Of a DNA stretch of 64,000 bases, positions 46,730 to 61,857 are shown in pieces. The translations under genes and the position numbers were made by a program. Source of the stretch: Takakia lepidozioides (Eukaryota; Plantae; Bryophyta); assembly GCA_030704615.1 (NCBI GenBank), contig CM060731.1, positions 34,410,001-34,474,000 on the forward strand. The letters are read 5' to 3'. Each line of letters opens with the position of its first letter. Within the stretch, counting starts at the first letter, position 1. The notes below the pieces were generated by a model. It was not told where the DNA came from and ran no database searches. It saw nothing but the letters and a program-made list of their open reading frames with translations.

Positions 46730-49700
46730 ATGGCTGAAGCAGAGGAGCTTTTGGAGCGGTCTCGTTCTAAAGCGTGCTTTGATGAGGTTCCCTCCCTCAA
46801 GAATCACCCTCTCCCTCTTTCGCATGCACATGGCTATTTCCGTGCTTTACAGCGTCTCTCTGACATCACCTTGCATCGCAATTTTGTGCATTGATATCCG
46901 TACCCATAGAATAAGAATTCGATTAGCTGGGAACGCAGTAATCCGAAAGGTTTCAGTCCAAGCATGTGTTTCCTGACGATCGATGAATGTGTTTGTGTGC
47001 GAGAGAGAGACATGTGCTCGCGGCTCTTGAGCTAGCCACAGACCGATGGAAAATTTTGTACACTGATCACAGTCTCAATCGAGTCTACTTGGAGTTCTGT
47101 CTTGAGCATTTGTCTTTATTTATTTCAGATTCATGACTTGGAAAGAAAACTGGGTGAGCTGCGGCAGACCAAGGGCCCTTTTGATCGTGCGGTAAGAACA
47201 CTTACTTCCAACATTCGTGAAAAATATGAGGCCATCATCTTTGAGGACCTTGCCACAGCGGAGGCTACTGAGCAACAGCTATGGCGGCTTCATTACACGT
47301 TCATCGAGGAATTCCGTGATCGTCTTCGCAAATTGAGGGCTGCCTCGGCAAACTTGGTTGGAAGGAAAAAGGGCTTCCATGAAGCGAAAATCGAGAGAGT
47401 GGGTGGTCAGTACAAAACCTTTCTGAACGAGGCGGCCGGGTTTTACCATGGCCTTATAGCAAAACTCAGGGCTAGACATGGGCTCCCTCCAGACGTGCCT
47501 GGTTCAGGCAGTGCTGCTGGTAAGAACATAGAAAAAAGGTTTTTCCATCTGAGGTAGAACTACAAGATTGATGGCACCTGGGATATGGCTGTGAACGAAA
47601 GGCCTGATTGAGTTTTTTTTTTATCTTGGAGAGGATCTCTTTTGTTCAGATCTTAATACATATAGATGCACTCACTTGACGTGTTGCTTGGCTTTTGGAT
47701 GGGACCGGATCAATTTATTGAAGCTTATGTCATGTATTATGAAAATTATGTGGGCAGATGGAATGGTGGAAATGAGGAGGGTGTGTAAAACATGTTCCTC
47801 AAGGGCTGCTAAATTGTAAGGGTGTGACAGACAGCCGGGAAGAGCTTCAACCGTGCCAGTGTGCATGTCACAGGTGCTTGATATACTTAGGAGACTTGGC
47901 ACGTTACAAAGAGTTACAGTCGGTTGTGGAGGGGCGTGCTGCTGACTGGTCAATAGCGGTCAATTACTACCGGCAAGCCTCTACTATCTGGCCCTCGGGT
48001 GGCAATCCTCACAATCAGGTTGCCCTCCTCTCTGAGCCCAGGGCTCAAGGACCTTGTCATGATTGTCTAAGTTTACAACAATGATCATACAAAGAAAAAC
48101 GTGTCTATAAGCTGATGGTGGGTAATTTATGGATCTAATTTCAGCAGTTGCACAGTTTACCCATCTACCTAAATTCAGTGTTTGTTATCAGAGTGCATGT
48201 TACTTTGTTGCATTGAGGGGATTCAATAGGTCAAGGGTGTAGCAACACATTGGTAGTGGGTATAAGTTCTCAAGCACAAAGAGAGACAGGCGAAGTGCAA
48301 CACAGAGAGTGGGGAAATGGTTGGATGCAGGCAGAACTGAAAACCCTTTATAAACTGTACATAACACTTGAGTTGGTCCCTAGTACCTGTTTGTTGTGAT
48401 TTGTCTGTCCATGGGGCATCTTTGCATGGCCAAACATGCTACTGGTGGACAGACTGTATCCATTTGTTGATTACCAAGCCGCAATGCTGGTGTGAGTCAT
48501 TCCTGAACTGGCACACCAACGCTGTATGTGATACTTTTGATTCGGATTCTGATGATCTGAGGGGGTTCACTGCCTCCAGAAAATTCTGGCAAAATTATTG
48601 ATGACTGTACTGATGATTATTCGGCATGACTCCAGCTGGCAGTGTTGGCCACATATGCAGGGGAAAATCTGCGGGCTGTGTATCACTACTTCTTCAGCCT
48701 AGCTGTGACCACTCCTTTTGTTACTGCCTATGCCAATGTCAAACTGCTGTTTGAGAAGGTAACACTGCTCTCTCTTCAACACACTTTTTGATTGGGACTT
48801 GATTTTTACCAGCTGTGCACGAGCACTGTGGCAATCTTGGGTTTAGTCTTATATACTCTGGTGTGCCCAATCCCACTAGTGTCAGTTTCATGTGTCCTCT
48901 CCACAGGCAACAGTGAATCAGTACGTCTCTCTCACATGTCTAGCTGTGAACAAAGGTAAATCAAGGACTGCCTTTGGTGGGACTCCACTAAAGATGGATT
49001 TGTCAGCTTGAGGGTGATAAGTGATAACTAGAGTCAAATCTTAATGCATGACTGTCATTCTCGTGGGGCAGAGTCAACAGCATGTTGCGCAGCTTTCTGG
49101 TGCACAGAGTGAAGGAAGGGCAGCAGCAGGATCTCATGAGGCAACTGTAGTACACAGTGCACAAGCTGTGGAGAGTGACCCTCTGGCATTGAATGATGGA
49201 TTGTGTGGTGAGGAGGGGGCTTCTCCATCAAAGCTCAATGCTGGAGATGTCTCTGAACTGCAAAGAGGGTTTCAACTTCATTTCATCAGCTTTATCGGAA
49301 TTCTGTTCACCAAGATTGGGTGTGTACATGTATTTGTCATCGCCTCAGTAGTTGGTTGAACATGTTATGGCTCTCATGATACCATCGATTGCTGCTCCTC
49401 TGAATGGGCATGTCAAAGTATACATGTGGTGAGGGGGAAGAAGGATGTGGAGAAGAGGATGATCTGAATCTGTTCCTTTTTTTCTTCTAGTTGGTTGTGG
49501 ATCCAACACTTCAAGTTTATTATTTATTATGACAGGTATAGTATAAAGTGTTTGTTTGCTGAAACGGGAGGAAGTCAAAAACACCAAGTAGGTGAATAGG
49601 TGTAATGAGATATGAAATCGTACATGAGCAAAGGCTCAATATGGGGATAACAATTTTCTGGTGGCACTCATAGGACATGAACACTCCTGGATTTCACTTG

Positions 49701-52376
49701 CCATGTTTCTGCTTGTGTGGGGCAGGTTGGAAGAATTCCAGAAGGTTTTATATGTAACCTGCCTAGAGTTGCAACAGCTTCTTGCTCTGGATAATGCCAT
49801 CCTCGGCGAAGTATTTATGTTAGACAAGTCCAATGTCTCGGGGGACCCTGCTCTGGGAGTCTTGCAGTTGGTTGTAACACTAATTTTCTCTCTTCATTCT
49901 GCCCATCGGAAGAGGGATCATCCTTCTCCTGTCAGCGTGGATCAATTGGCTCTGTGGATGCAAGCCACAATAGCAGCCCTCCAAATCATGTCTCAATTGA
50001 TGCATCGCACAGCAAAGTGTGAGCAGCCGGCAAGCAGCCCACTATTTCCAGCAGTTGTAGTATTCCTCAAATGGCTTGTAAGCCGGCCAGACCTCACCAA
50101 TCACATCCAAGTTGACGAGTATGAGAAGGCCCAATGCTCTTTTTGGAAACAGGCATTTGTACTACTGACAAGGTGTGTAGGACAGATTGGGAGTGACAGT
50201 GAGCTCAAGTGTGCGATGCCATCACTTATGTCATCATTGGATAAAGCACCGGGCAACAGGAATCAATCAGTTGACATAAATGATGTGATCCTATGGGAGG
50301 ACAAGGAATTGCAAGGTTTTGTCCTTTTGAGCTCTTCTCAATGTCTACCAGACGTTTCCAAAGCTTCTGGAGATTTAGAAATGCCAGTTAAGAAAGTGCC
50401 ATTGCTGGAGGGGTACCCAACTTCCGTGGAACCACATTGCGTTTCCCCATCTGTGGCGGGCGCCAAGTTCGACCTCTATGTTCGTGTGCATCGGTTTGTC
50501 AGAGCTATGAAAGCTCTCAGCTGCCAATTCAAGATTGATTCTGCAGATTTTGATCTTATTGAGACTGTGAAGAGAGTTACCTGTGCGGGTGGTATTTGCC
50601 ATGCAAAAAGTATATGCGAGGGAGATCAAGGCTCTCAACTTCCCAAAGAGTCTGATGGTTTAGCTAACAAAGTTACCAAACTGAACAGTCAAGGACCTCG
50701 ACTTGGAAATGAGGGTGGGGGGAAGGATCTTGGTGTCAGAGAGCAATCCATCTCTCTGGTGGATATCAGGAAGACCAGTAAGGACGTGATGCTTCAAAAT
50801 GGTTCAGATGAACGTGTCTCAGCTCCTACCACTTTCTTTAATTGCCTTGTAGAAAGGGACATCCAAGACTCCACCACAGCCACACCAAACATACAGGACC
50901 CACAGATGGCTGCCATGTCCAAGGAACAGGTCACCTGCGGTCAGAAGCCTTGTACTTTGGGCACTGCCCCAAATGATCCTGAAACTGCACCAAAGCATCC
51001 TGAAGATTTGGATCATTCTGGTGAGTACTCTGCACTCTGCTCTCCTGCAGTCTCCTGTGCACATTGTAGCTGATTGCAATTCGGCATCTCCTGAAGGTGG
51101 GGTCTAACTTGACAATCATTGATTGCAGTCTTCCGAGCTGTAACAAGTGCATCAAATGCAATTGGTGAGAGCCTTGATTGTCAATTTCATTTTCCAATGT
51201 GCTCGCTCTGTGGTAGTTGATCTGCCTAGTGGTCGGCTGCCAATATGGTCCCCATTATGTTATACCTGGTTTTGTGCATATGAGCCATACATTTGGCCTA
51301 ACTATCTGTCGGTTTCTTTTGCTTTCCAAGCTCAACCTTTTTTTGCGCTTTTCGGTGCAGACACCCCGGAACAATCTGTGAGAAAGAGAGCCACCACCGT
51401 GGAGCCACACATTGAGATTCCAGAACACGATCTGTTCACTACAGCATCCAGGTGTCATGGGTTGAGCCAGTCAGATCCTCTTCCTGCGAGTTACTGCCAG
51501 GAAAAGATTCCCACTGGCCCAGCAAGTTCTCTATCAGACCCCCTGTTCAATGCTCATGAGACGATCTCAGAGGCCAATGGCAGTTGTCCAGGTCAGCGCA
51601 CACTTTCTCTGCAGGACTGGGTGAGATCTGGTAATGGCTTTTCAAGTGTCCCTGCAGCAGGGCCTGGAAGGGAAGTCCTTGGCCAAGCCACCTTACCATT
51701 GGATAATCAGAAAAATATTTGTCTTGCTGAAAATGAGCCCCCGTCCAAGCGAAGCAGGAGCCTTTTAGCTTGTGCATCAAACTCAGATAAAATATTGTTC
51801 GGTGGTTTATCAAGGTTGTCAGGTCCTTCTGTCATAAAGGGGGCAGACTCTGCCATCAATCCATCATTGCAGCCTTCAGTACTGGAAACAAGGCAAGATC
51901 CATCCAACATGGACAGCATTCGAAGTGCTAAAGCTGGCCCAGGGTTATGCACTGGAGCTCCAGAATTTGCAGCCTGTAAAGGTGGTCCTGCAAGAAATGA
52001 GAACCCTTTAGGCATCTTTGGGGCCACAATCAGAGCAGCACCACCTACTCAAGTTCAGACAGTTGGAAAACCATATGGGGTGGAAATGGGTGCAACCTCA
52101 GGGGCAAGTCAGTTTTGTGGGCACACCCCCATTCTCAGTGTTTCGCACCATACATTGGGTTGCAGGTATGACGGCCTGTCTTCGAATCCATCTGGGACCG
52201 AGGAGCAGCAGTCTGTAGAAGATTACAGCTGGTTAGACACTTACACACATGTTAAGCCAGCAGCGTTGGAGAAATTTACCAATGCCATGGCAAAGTCAAC
52301 ATTTTCATTCGCTGATTTTGGCATCTGCTGTGAGCTTGGGGCCAGAGTGAGCGCAGGGAATCCACATGAATGGTAG
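46730..52376 (+). CDS. SMG7: SMG7-like nonsense-mediated decay factor (EST1/14-3-3-like TPR domain)
   Basis: EQQLWRLHY, FLNEAAGFYHGLIAKLR, CHRCLIYLGDLARYKE, WPSGGNPHNQLAVLA, LWEDKELQGF and the C-terminal EDYSWLDTY. Approximate exons: 46730-46786, 47129-47519, 47835-48018, 48635-48758, 49072-49319, 49725-51019, 51361-52376. Could be the SMG7L paralog. Confidence 0.88.
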
Positions 52377-53340
52377 AATGGAAACTACTGGCCTGTGATG
52401 TTGTGCAGCTTAAGGTCCTGCTATACTCCAGGCAGCACTCTACACTTCATCCATTCATGGTGTGACAAAAATAACTCGTTGCATTTGTGTGAAAATAGTT
52501 GGCAACTCGAACAGCAGATGTTGGCCAGAGGTTGCATAGCGAAGAGCCTCTTCCCTGGGGGTTACTCCCCTCTTTTGAGAGTGATCCGTCAGTTGATCAA
52601 AGATAATTTAAAACAAGTTATTGGACTTTCAAAGCTCAGCACTTCTCTGCCCTTGTGAGTTGCTAAGCCGCAGGACAGATATTATTGCATGCTTCCCTAA
52701 GAAGATGCTACAAAGTCTGAGAAATCACATGCAGTCAGATTGCCACATGGAGACAGGTCCAATAGTGGAGGGGGTGTGTGTAAGGAGCTTCGTCGTCAGA
52801 GTAGGCGGTAAATCACAGCTTTTCTCTTTCCCTGCACATTGGCCATCATACCTTGTCTTGCATCTTGTTAGTCCATTTGTTCGTGTCATCACTCTTGCTA
52901 AGCTCCCTGTGGGGTCCCAAATTGGTTGTTTCTCCCTGTTTGATTACTATAATTATTTCATCAAAAAAATAGGGGGCCATATGCCTCTGAAAAAAAACAA
53001 AGAAAAACCTTTAAAGGCGGCTTGCCAATTTTGTCTCCAGCATGTTTCCCTGTAAGTATATAAAAGAGAAACGACAGCACATGTCATGACAGGATGTGGG
53101 AACTCTGAATCCAGGACCCCACCGTGTTGACAGTGTGAGAGCAGGGAAGCGTGGGTGTGGAGATCGCTGGCTATGGATTCTCCGAACGTCTTGCACGCCT
53201 TGCGGCGGTGTGCATAGACAGAAACCTCGGGAGGTCATCTCGCTGGATCCCACAATTCGGCTCCTCTGCTTGCTGGGTTGTTACTTCCACGTCTTTCGAT
53301 GAGAGGTGAGTGTGGGGTGGTCAATTGTTGCATCGTAACG

Positions 53341-56300
53341 ATGGATAGCCACTTGGGTATGAGGTCTGTTTCAACGGGACGTAGGCCTCACACCACTCTG
53401 TACCGAATTCCATACAGTGTCGAGGTGGGTTTCAGTGGTTCGCGTCGGTGGGGTTTGGAGCTGCTTCCAGGGAGAGGGGTTGTACATGGAACGATTTTAG
53501 GGTTTTCTTGGAAAGAAGTTTTGTTTTGTGGGAATGGTATCACCCACCCGTCGACTTCATATCCCCACCAAGTTGATCGCAGTCGAAGTATCCACATCTG
53601 ATGTTTCTGTAGGGCAATTGAGGTAGTGCTTTTAGGGGCAGAGATCGCCCTTCTTGATTACTGACATCTCCTTGCGGGGGTCTTTTTTGCGAGCAGGAGA
53701 CAATGCACGCCCTAGTAAGAAGCCCAAACGCACCTCAAGGAAGGTAGATTCAAAATTCTATTCCGTGTTTTCCAATGTTCTACCACTGATTAGCTGGAGG
53801 TGGGATAAATGCTATGAGATAATGCAGATTCAGATTTGTTGCGACCTTAGTATAGCGTCTAGTAAAATAAAGTGAAGTATGAAGAAAATCGTGTTTGTTG
53901 GTAGAAAACCTAATTGTGTATTTGCTCAGCACTTGTTCACAGACATTACCATGTTAGAGCCTCTGCTGTGGAGAAGAGTACAAATTGGTCCTGCAAATGG
54001 TCACGAGATGTCTAAGTGTCCTGAGCTTGCATGGCAGGAGAAGGCAATTGAACCAGAAGAGGACCTGAATGATGATGTGGAGTACTATGAAGAAGAAGAA
54101 TTTCTTGTTGAAGGTCAGTATAAAGTCATTACAACAGGTTGATGATTGTGTGAAGGGATTTCTAGAGGATATCGGGAAAACTCAGATCAATTGGAATCTG
54201 ACTGGATAGAGTTACAGGGTTTAGGGTTTGTGGCCATCCCTCCGATTTGATAAAGGTAATGTTACTTGAAAATTCACAGCGTTATGTGACCTGAACTTTG
54301 AATGTCAGACAATTGTTGCCTCTTGTGCTTTTGTGGTAACAGGGGAGGGGGAGGAGATCAAGAAGCGTGACTTCACAAAGCTGGAATTAAAGGCAGACCA
54401 TCTGAATCGTCCACTGTGGGTGTGTGCTGATGGCCGAATTTTTCTCGAAACATTTTCACACCTCTACAAGCAAGCCTATGACTTTCTCATTGCGATTGCT
54501 GAGCCTGTTTGCAGGTCCGGTTCTATGATATGATCCAGAGCTGCTTGCTAAAATAGTGTAATGTGTATGACTCTGACAACTTAGAGTTGGATCAGGACCC
54601 TTACCTGGTTTGCTCTAAGAGTATTTCATTATCTATATCAATGGCATCTTTCCTTATGCAACTAGCTAGGAGTTCAGGTTAGAAAGTCCAAGGTGAAACT
54701 GCCTGGTTTTATGCATCATTCTTTATGTGGTGACGATTGATCCTAGGAGTAAGAAACTGTGGGTAACTTTGGTTTTGTTTCTCTGCTGAAGAGGGCCTTA
54801 ACTTCTCTTTTAAATCAAGAACTCTGATGTGTGTATGCAGGCCTGAATCAATGCACGAATACAACTTGACGCCACATTCCCTATATGCAGCTGTTTCAGT
54901 GGGACTGGAGACAGAGACAATAATTACTGTGTTGGATAGATTGTCCAAAACAAAGCTTCCTAAGGAAATTGTTGACTTCATACGTGATTCCACCCTCAAC
55001 TATGGCAAGGTCAAGCTTGTGCTGCAGAAAAATCGTTACTTCGTGGAGTCACCATTGCAAGAGGTGATTCCGTGATTCCGGTCTCTCAGTTTCTCCACTT
55101 AGCAGTAAGCTTTATATTTCTTGTAGTTATTGCATGTCTTCTCATATAATTGTCTGTTGAAACACCTGAAGTGATATCTATGAAGCAAATGAAGTTTAAA
55201 CATTACCAATGGCTTGCACTAGCTACACGATTTCCACAGCATTTGACATCCTAATCTCAAAATCACTGCGCATAGGCTAGCATATCTAAATGGTGTTTTT
55301 TACTGGCTCTGTTTATGATCTACCTACCCGTTAAAAGCTCATGTCGCATATTACTATCAAACCTGCTGCAGGTATTGCAGACTTTGTTGAGGGATGATGT
55401 GGTAGCTCGTGCAAGGATCATTGCAAATGAGGTTTGTATTTACTTTATTGCCCATGTTTATGTCCTTACAAGGTTCAAGTGACTTCCTACATGTTATACA
55501 CTAAATTCATGTGTTTTCTGGAGAGTATAACTTCTGCTCAAATGTTAATGTGCTGTTATTCACAAGAGTGATTTGTGAGTAAGCCTGCTGGCAGGTGATG
55601 CTTCATTTACTGATTTGCTGTTGAGAGAGTACTGCAGTTTAAAACTAGCCACCATATCACAGACTGCAGATGGTGCACCAGCGGGGCCATCGTTTGCAGT
55701 CAGTAAAGCTCCCAAAGATGAAGGGGTAGCTGATCAAGAGCTGCTTGGAGGTGAAGATGTGGTGGCAGCAACTGAAGAAAAGGACTTGCACTCATTTGAG
55801 ATTGACCCTGCCCAGGTTCTTATCCTTTCAGATCTCCATGCGGTCCGGCTGTTTACATGCTCAAAGGAAGTTAGAAGATGGCAATCAGGATTTGTTGCTC
55901 ATAGCATTCCATGTCAAGGAAGTGGAACTGTGAGCTATTAATGGGTTGTAGAGTTCCTACAATTTTTATCTGTATCACTTGTGCTAATTCTGAGTTCATT
56001 TGCATGTCAGGTGGAGCATGTGAAACAGCGGTGCCTGCCAAATGCCCTTAATTACCCTATGCTGGAAGAATATGATTTTCGCAATGACACTGTAAGTTCC
56101 AGTTCTCAACAGACATAGTTCTTATTGACGGGGTGTAGTATGTCATTTCTTTGGGACCAGGTAGCTTGTAATTGTGATGTTGACGTTGGTGCTGGTAGTT
56201 TTCCAGGTTAATCCAGATCTGAACATTGAGTTGAAGCCTCAAGCACAACCACGGCCATACCAAGAGAAAAGCTTGAGCAAAATGTTTGGGAATGGTGAGT

Positions 56301-59300
56301 AGACTAACTACAGTAGACTTACAAAATAAAGGGCTCTCTTTTGTAGCAATGGGGGTTTCCTGTGTGAAGGCTTGTGTCAGAAGCCATATTTTGAATTGGA
56401 TCTCCTAGTGGCGTTGACTACCAAGAGGTTACAACTGGCAGGGCGTGCGCGATCTGGCATAATTGTGCTGCCATGTGGTGCTGGAAAATCACTTGTTGGC
56501 GTATCTGCGGCTTGCCGTATTCGCAAGAGTGTGCTTTGTCTAGCCACAAATGCAGTGTCTGTGGATCAGTGGGCATTTCAGTTCAAGTTGTGGTCAACAG
56601 TTGGGGACCACCAGATATCACGGTTCACATCTGATAGTAAAGAGAGGTTTCGGGGCAATGTGGGGGTTGTTGTCACTACCTACAATATGGTGGCTTTTGG
56701 AGGCAAGCGCTCGGAAGAGTCTCAGAAAATCATTGAAGAGATTCAAAACCGGGAATGGGGCCTGCTTCTGATGGATGAGGTGTTTCTTCTATTTTCTTCT
56801 TTCCAGGTTTCCAACTTCTGAGTTGGACCTACATTTTACCTTCACTATTTCGGTACTAATGCTAATGCAGAGGTTGCTCACTGACCAGGTTGCAATGCCT
56901 TGGCTGTGGCAAACCCCAGCGACTGATTTCTTTCATGAAATGAGACGACCACATGTGATCCCCCACTTCAATAGCTACATGATGGCAGTCCCTCTTTGCA
57001 CTAGGAAGCAGTAGCTGAAAGGATTCATCTCCTCAGTTGGTTTTTCTGACCTACTACCAGGTTCTAAGTGGTGTCTGTAACTTGGTGGGTTGGCAGGTGC
57101 ATGTTGTGCCAGCTCATATGTTTCGAAAAGTTATAAGCATCACCAAGTCACACTGTAAACTCGGCCTCACTGGTGCGTGCCCTCTTTGTTGAATGGACAT
57201 ACTGAGACAAATCCCTTTGCACCCTCTATGTACTAAGTGACAATGTAATGATGCTAGTGAAGCTCTCATGGATTAATAGTAACATGTTGCTGAGCAATGG
57301 ACTGAAGTTATATGGGTCGTCAAGTTGCAAAAATTCTTTGCAATGTGGAGAAGGGGTCTAGTATAGGGAAGTAAGCCCTCAAACAACTCATAATTACCAT
57401 AGTCTGGAAGCTCTCTTACTTTTTAATTGGCTCATTATTTCTGATTGTTCACTGCAGCCACACTGGTACGTGAAGATGAAAGGATCAGTGACCTCAACTT
57501 TCTGATTGGACCTAAGTTGTACGAGGCGAACTGGCTGGATTTGGTGAAGGGGGGCTTCATTGCCAATGTGCAGTGTGCAGAAGTGTGGTGTCCCATGTCC
57601 AAAGAGTTTTACGCGGAGTATTTAAAAAAAGAAAATTCTCGAAAGAAGCAGGTGGGTACTTCCTGTTGGCCAACATAACATTGTCTCATTCACTTGTGCT
57701 GTCCTGCAAGTTCACTGTTCTTTCAATGATGAAGTGGTTCTCTCCTCAATAGCTGATGTATTCAGAATTTAAGATGATCTTTATGATTTGTGCCAGGCAC
57801 TGTATGTGATGAACCCAAACAAGTTTCGAGCTTGCGAATTTTTGATACGATTTCATGAGCAGCAGCGTGGCGACAAAATCATTGTCTTCTCTGACAATCT
57901 GTTTGCCCTGCGCGAATATGCTACCAGGCTTCGCAAGCCATTCATCCATGGCCCTACCAGGTACCGGACAGTCTGTCTATACATACCACACATGGAGCTG
58001 GCCATCGTGACAACAGCCATAGTCCAGTATAGGAACTCGACCTATACCTCTTCCTTTTTAGGTTTAGGACACAGTTTGTAAATCAATAGCTAAGACAGTG
58101 CAGGTGAGGATTGACTGAGTGGGACATCACATAGCGGAGTACAGACATGTGCAAATTTTTGTTCTAACCAGACTCCCACTTAAGGCTCAAAGTCGATACT
58201 CTATGAAGGAACGTCGATTTCTATCTTTCCCAGTAAACGCAAAAGAATGTAAGTGTACGTCCACGAAATGAGCATCATTGAACGACTTTCAAGGGAAACA
58301 ATCTCTAACCAGGATTCTCAAACAGAGAAATCTGTCAGGATCCTTTCCTTATTTGTGATGTTTTTAGGTGTTCTTCTGTTTATGAGTTGTGATCTGACAA
58401 GCCTACCTTGATTGTGACAGCAAGAATCTGACCTCTGCCAGTCACTTGCGTTCCTATCACCTAATGGGGCTTTATGATGGGGTTGGTTGCTTTGTTTGAA
58501 GCCATCATGAACGGACCCGGATTTTGTATGCGTTCAAGCACAGCCCAGAAGTCAATACTGTATTTCTTTCAAAGGTGCCACTCGTTGATTCCCAAATCTA
58601 ATATCAACCTCTCTCTTTAAAGGGACAGCTTCCTTGGTTTTTCGTTTTTCTTGCATGGTGCATATTGTCTCTCCGTATACAAATGATGCTGGACTCTGAC
58701 CGTTCCTGTTTGACAGGTGGGAGATAACTCCATTGATATCCCAGAGGCCAATGTTATTATACAGATATCATCGCATGCTGGCTCACGTCGGCAAGAAGCT
58801 CAACGTTTGGGCCGCATTTTACGAGCCAAGGTTAGACACCTCTGTTTTGGGCAGACTCAAATGAAGATACCTGGCAAGCAATGCATCTAGATTTATTCCA
58901 TCTAGTGCTGGCCTCAAGGGCCAATGGACCAAAAGAAAATTACCCAATGAGAGAGGGAGGGAAAAAAAGCTTCTTCGTTTCTCTGTGCACCATTCAGGTA
59001 CCCAAGCATCATTGGCTTCAGCAGAATCTAGCCTGAATCCAAAGGTATCAGGGACCTGAAGCAAAGGTTGGCTGCTAGTTGCAGTCAAACTGGAGATGCC
59101 TTTTCATACCTCATTTACTGATATTTTCTTGGGGAGTCCATGTTGCAGGGGAGGCCCCAGGATCGCGTGGCGGGTGGTGCTGAGGAGTTCAATGCTTTCT
59201 TCTACTCTTTGGTTTCCACAGATACACAAGTAAGATTTTATTGTGAATGAGGAAAACAAGGTGTTCCATAAAATAGGGATTCAAGATCAAGTTGTTTATA

Positions 59301-60840
59301 AAGATCAAAGTAGGACATCTCACTTAGGATAAGGTTTATTGAGGTAAGATGCTAATGTATGAGGCTGAATATGCTTATGGCCAGGAAATGTACTACTCTA
59401 CGAAGCGCCAGCAGTTTTTGATTGATCAAGGATACAGTTTCAAGGTGCTCTCACCTTTACTTCCAAGTTTTTGACACTTGCTTTACCATGTTTTACCTGG
59501 TTGTTGAGTTAAGTGGTACTCTCCATTGCTTCTATTAAAGTCTGATCGTGCTGGTCATTGGTTTGACATACTGCAAGTGCCCAAGCATACACCGGTGTGT
59601 TTGTTGGATGTAACAGCAAGATAATACTCGTTTGGAGATGTATCTGGATCGTCAAGAAAAAAGGGAATTGGTTCGGAATGGTACAAGCACCATGAAATTG
59701 TTTCTGGTTCTTAAAATTTTACTTTGGATGCTCTCTCTGCCCTGTGCAGGTCATAACAAGTTTACCTCCTCAAGACACAGGTGCGGAGCTTAGCTACTAC
59801 CGACTAGAGGACCAGCTTGATCTTCTTACCAAGGTGACTGTCAATGCTTCCTTTATCAGGGGTAAGAGGCACGGGTTCACATACTTTTGTGACACAAGGG
59901 AAAACCACTGTCATGACAGTAAATCTAGCTATAATGCCTTCTTCAGCCCCTTGGCATACGTAGTGCGTGAAGATCCATCAAGATATCCATATTGGGAAGA
60001 TCAGAACAGAGCTGTCCTTTCAACTGCCGTACAGTTGGAATACAAGGAAGTCTCGAGTTGTCTGTAGGTGCAGCTTTTTCCTTCACTTGCTGACTGGAAT
60101 ATGTGAAATGTTGTGGCAGGTACTAAATGCAGGGGAGGAAGCAGCCGGTATAGAACAGCTAGATGAAGACATGGATGATGTGACCCGTATGAGGCCGAGC
60201 CGCACACTGGGCTCCATGAGTGCCATGTCAGGTGCCCATGGCATGGTCTACATGGAATACAGGTACTATCACTACCTGTCTGGATAAAGTTCAAATTTGC
60301 AGGGATTAGTCCTCAATAGATATATTGGACCACTATGGCCAGTATAGCTTCATGAGTACGATCTGTCTTTTTCTCACACCTGAGATATGGTGGAACCTGG
60401 TCGTCTTTGTGAGTACTATGCAGCGTAACTAAGACCCCATGTTAGTTTCAATCATCAGCATTACCACTGTTGCTCCATTTGCACACCCAGTTGTCAAGTA
60501 GGTGTTTCACATTATTCTTACCGGGGGTGCAAACATTTCAATTTAACTCTCTAAACAGAGAGTAGGTAACATCAGGTAGATGACCAGGTATGCCTGTAGT
60601 TCACTCTGGGCCTTCAAGAGAGCAGGAACCTGGTTCCAAAAGTGTGATAACTGGCAAATTCAGTACGGAGTGATATGAAAAGAGCATTGTGGTGATGAGG
60701 GAGAAGAGCTGTATGTTGAGAGGTTGTCTTGGATGTGTCGGTGCAGCCGGGGAAGAGGCATGGGCCGGGGCCAACTGAAAAGCAAGCAGCGGGATCCGAA
60801 TAAGCCGCGCAATCAATTGTTTAAGAAGCGGTTTGGTTAA
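53341..60840 (+). CDS. XPB: TFIIH/NER DNA helicase XPB (ERCC3/RAD25), multi-exon
   Basis: [28 protein letters not shown], Walker [40 protein letters not shown] and C-terminus NQLFKKRFG* ending at 60840. First exon MDSHLG at 53341. Confidence 0.97.
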
Positions 60841-61857
60841 CGAGATAACATTCTATTTTATCCAGAATTGTATGATCAAATGAAAAGTAAGACACAGAAG
60901 GAAAGATTTGTTGCCATGTTGAGTGGATGTTTGGCAGGTTACTTCAAAATGAAAATGCTGAGAATGTTCAACTGGCAGGACACTTGTTTAATTGGCTCTT
61001 TGCGACAATTGTGGTTACAAACATGTACAATAAAGATTGGATGTGTTATGCTGGTACAAGGTTTAAATGGAAGCATTTCACTTACAGGTTTTGGGGAGGT
61101 AGTCTTAGTCATGGATGGCATCCGAAGCTTGATCAAAATTGATCTAACATAATACTGCAAAAATTTACAATTGTATGTCCAAGCTTTGCTAAGCCTCAGC
61201 TACAGCATTAACTAAAGTGTGGTGTGCAATTTCCAGCTACAAAGCAATGCAAAGAGAGCAGGAGAATGTGGAATGTCATTAAACAGTGATATCTAGTTTA
61301 GCCATAGCCTCACAAAACATGATGGATGCCTTTTTGCTTAAAGACTTGGAGCTCCTGAAAGAAAGCTAACATGTCAAGAAATGTTAGGCGAACCCTCTTC
61401 ATCAGAACATGAGTTGCTTGCTGAATTCCAGCTTTATATTTACTGAATGCACGTTTGATACGCGAGGATCTTTCAACAGTCAGTTTTCACAATCCAGGGG
61501 AAAAGATCTGTCACACCCTAAAGCCTACATATGCAGCTCCCTGGACAAATCAAACTCAATAATCTTCACGTCGAAGACTGATTTGAGTCCCAGCTACTGA
61601 CCTTCAGCCACATAATAGATGGAATCTGCTACAAGAAAGCGAATGCACCTGCCTTCAGCAGGCAAAAAAGCTCAGGCCTATGACATTCCCATGCATAATC
61701 TACACCTCTCTCATTCTCAGCTGGTCTGTTACATGCATTTATCATACAGATGAACAGTGGAACTGAGACGATCACATGTTTCTCCTTTTGATCTTTAATA
61801 CACGACTGTGCTTCAAATCCCGGAAACAACTGTCTGGAGCATGAAGTGGATGCTGAA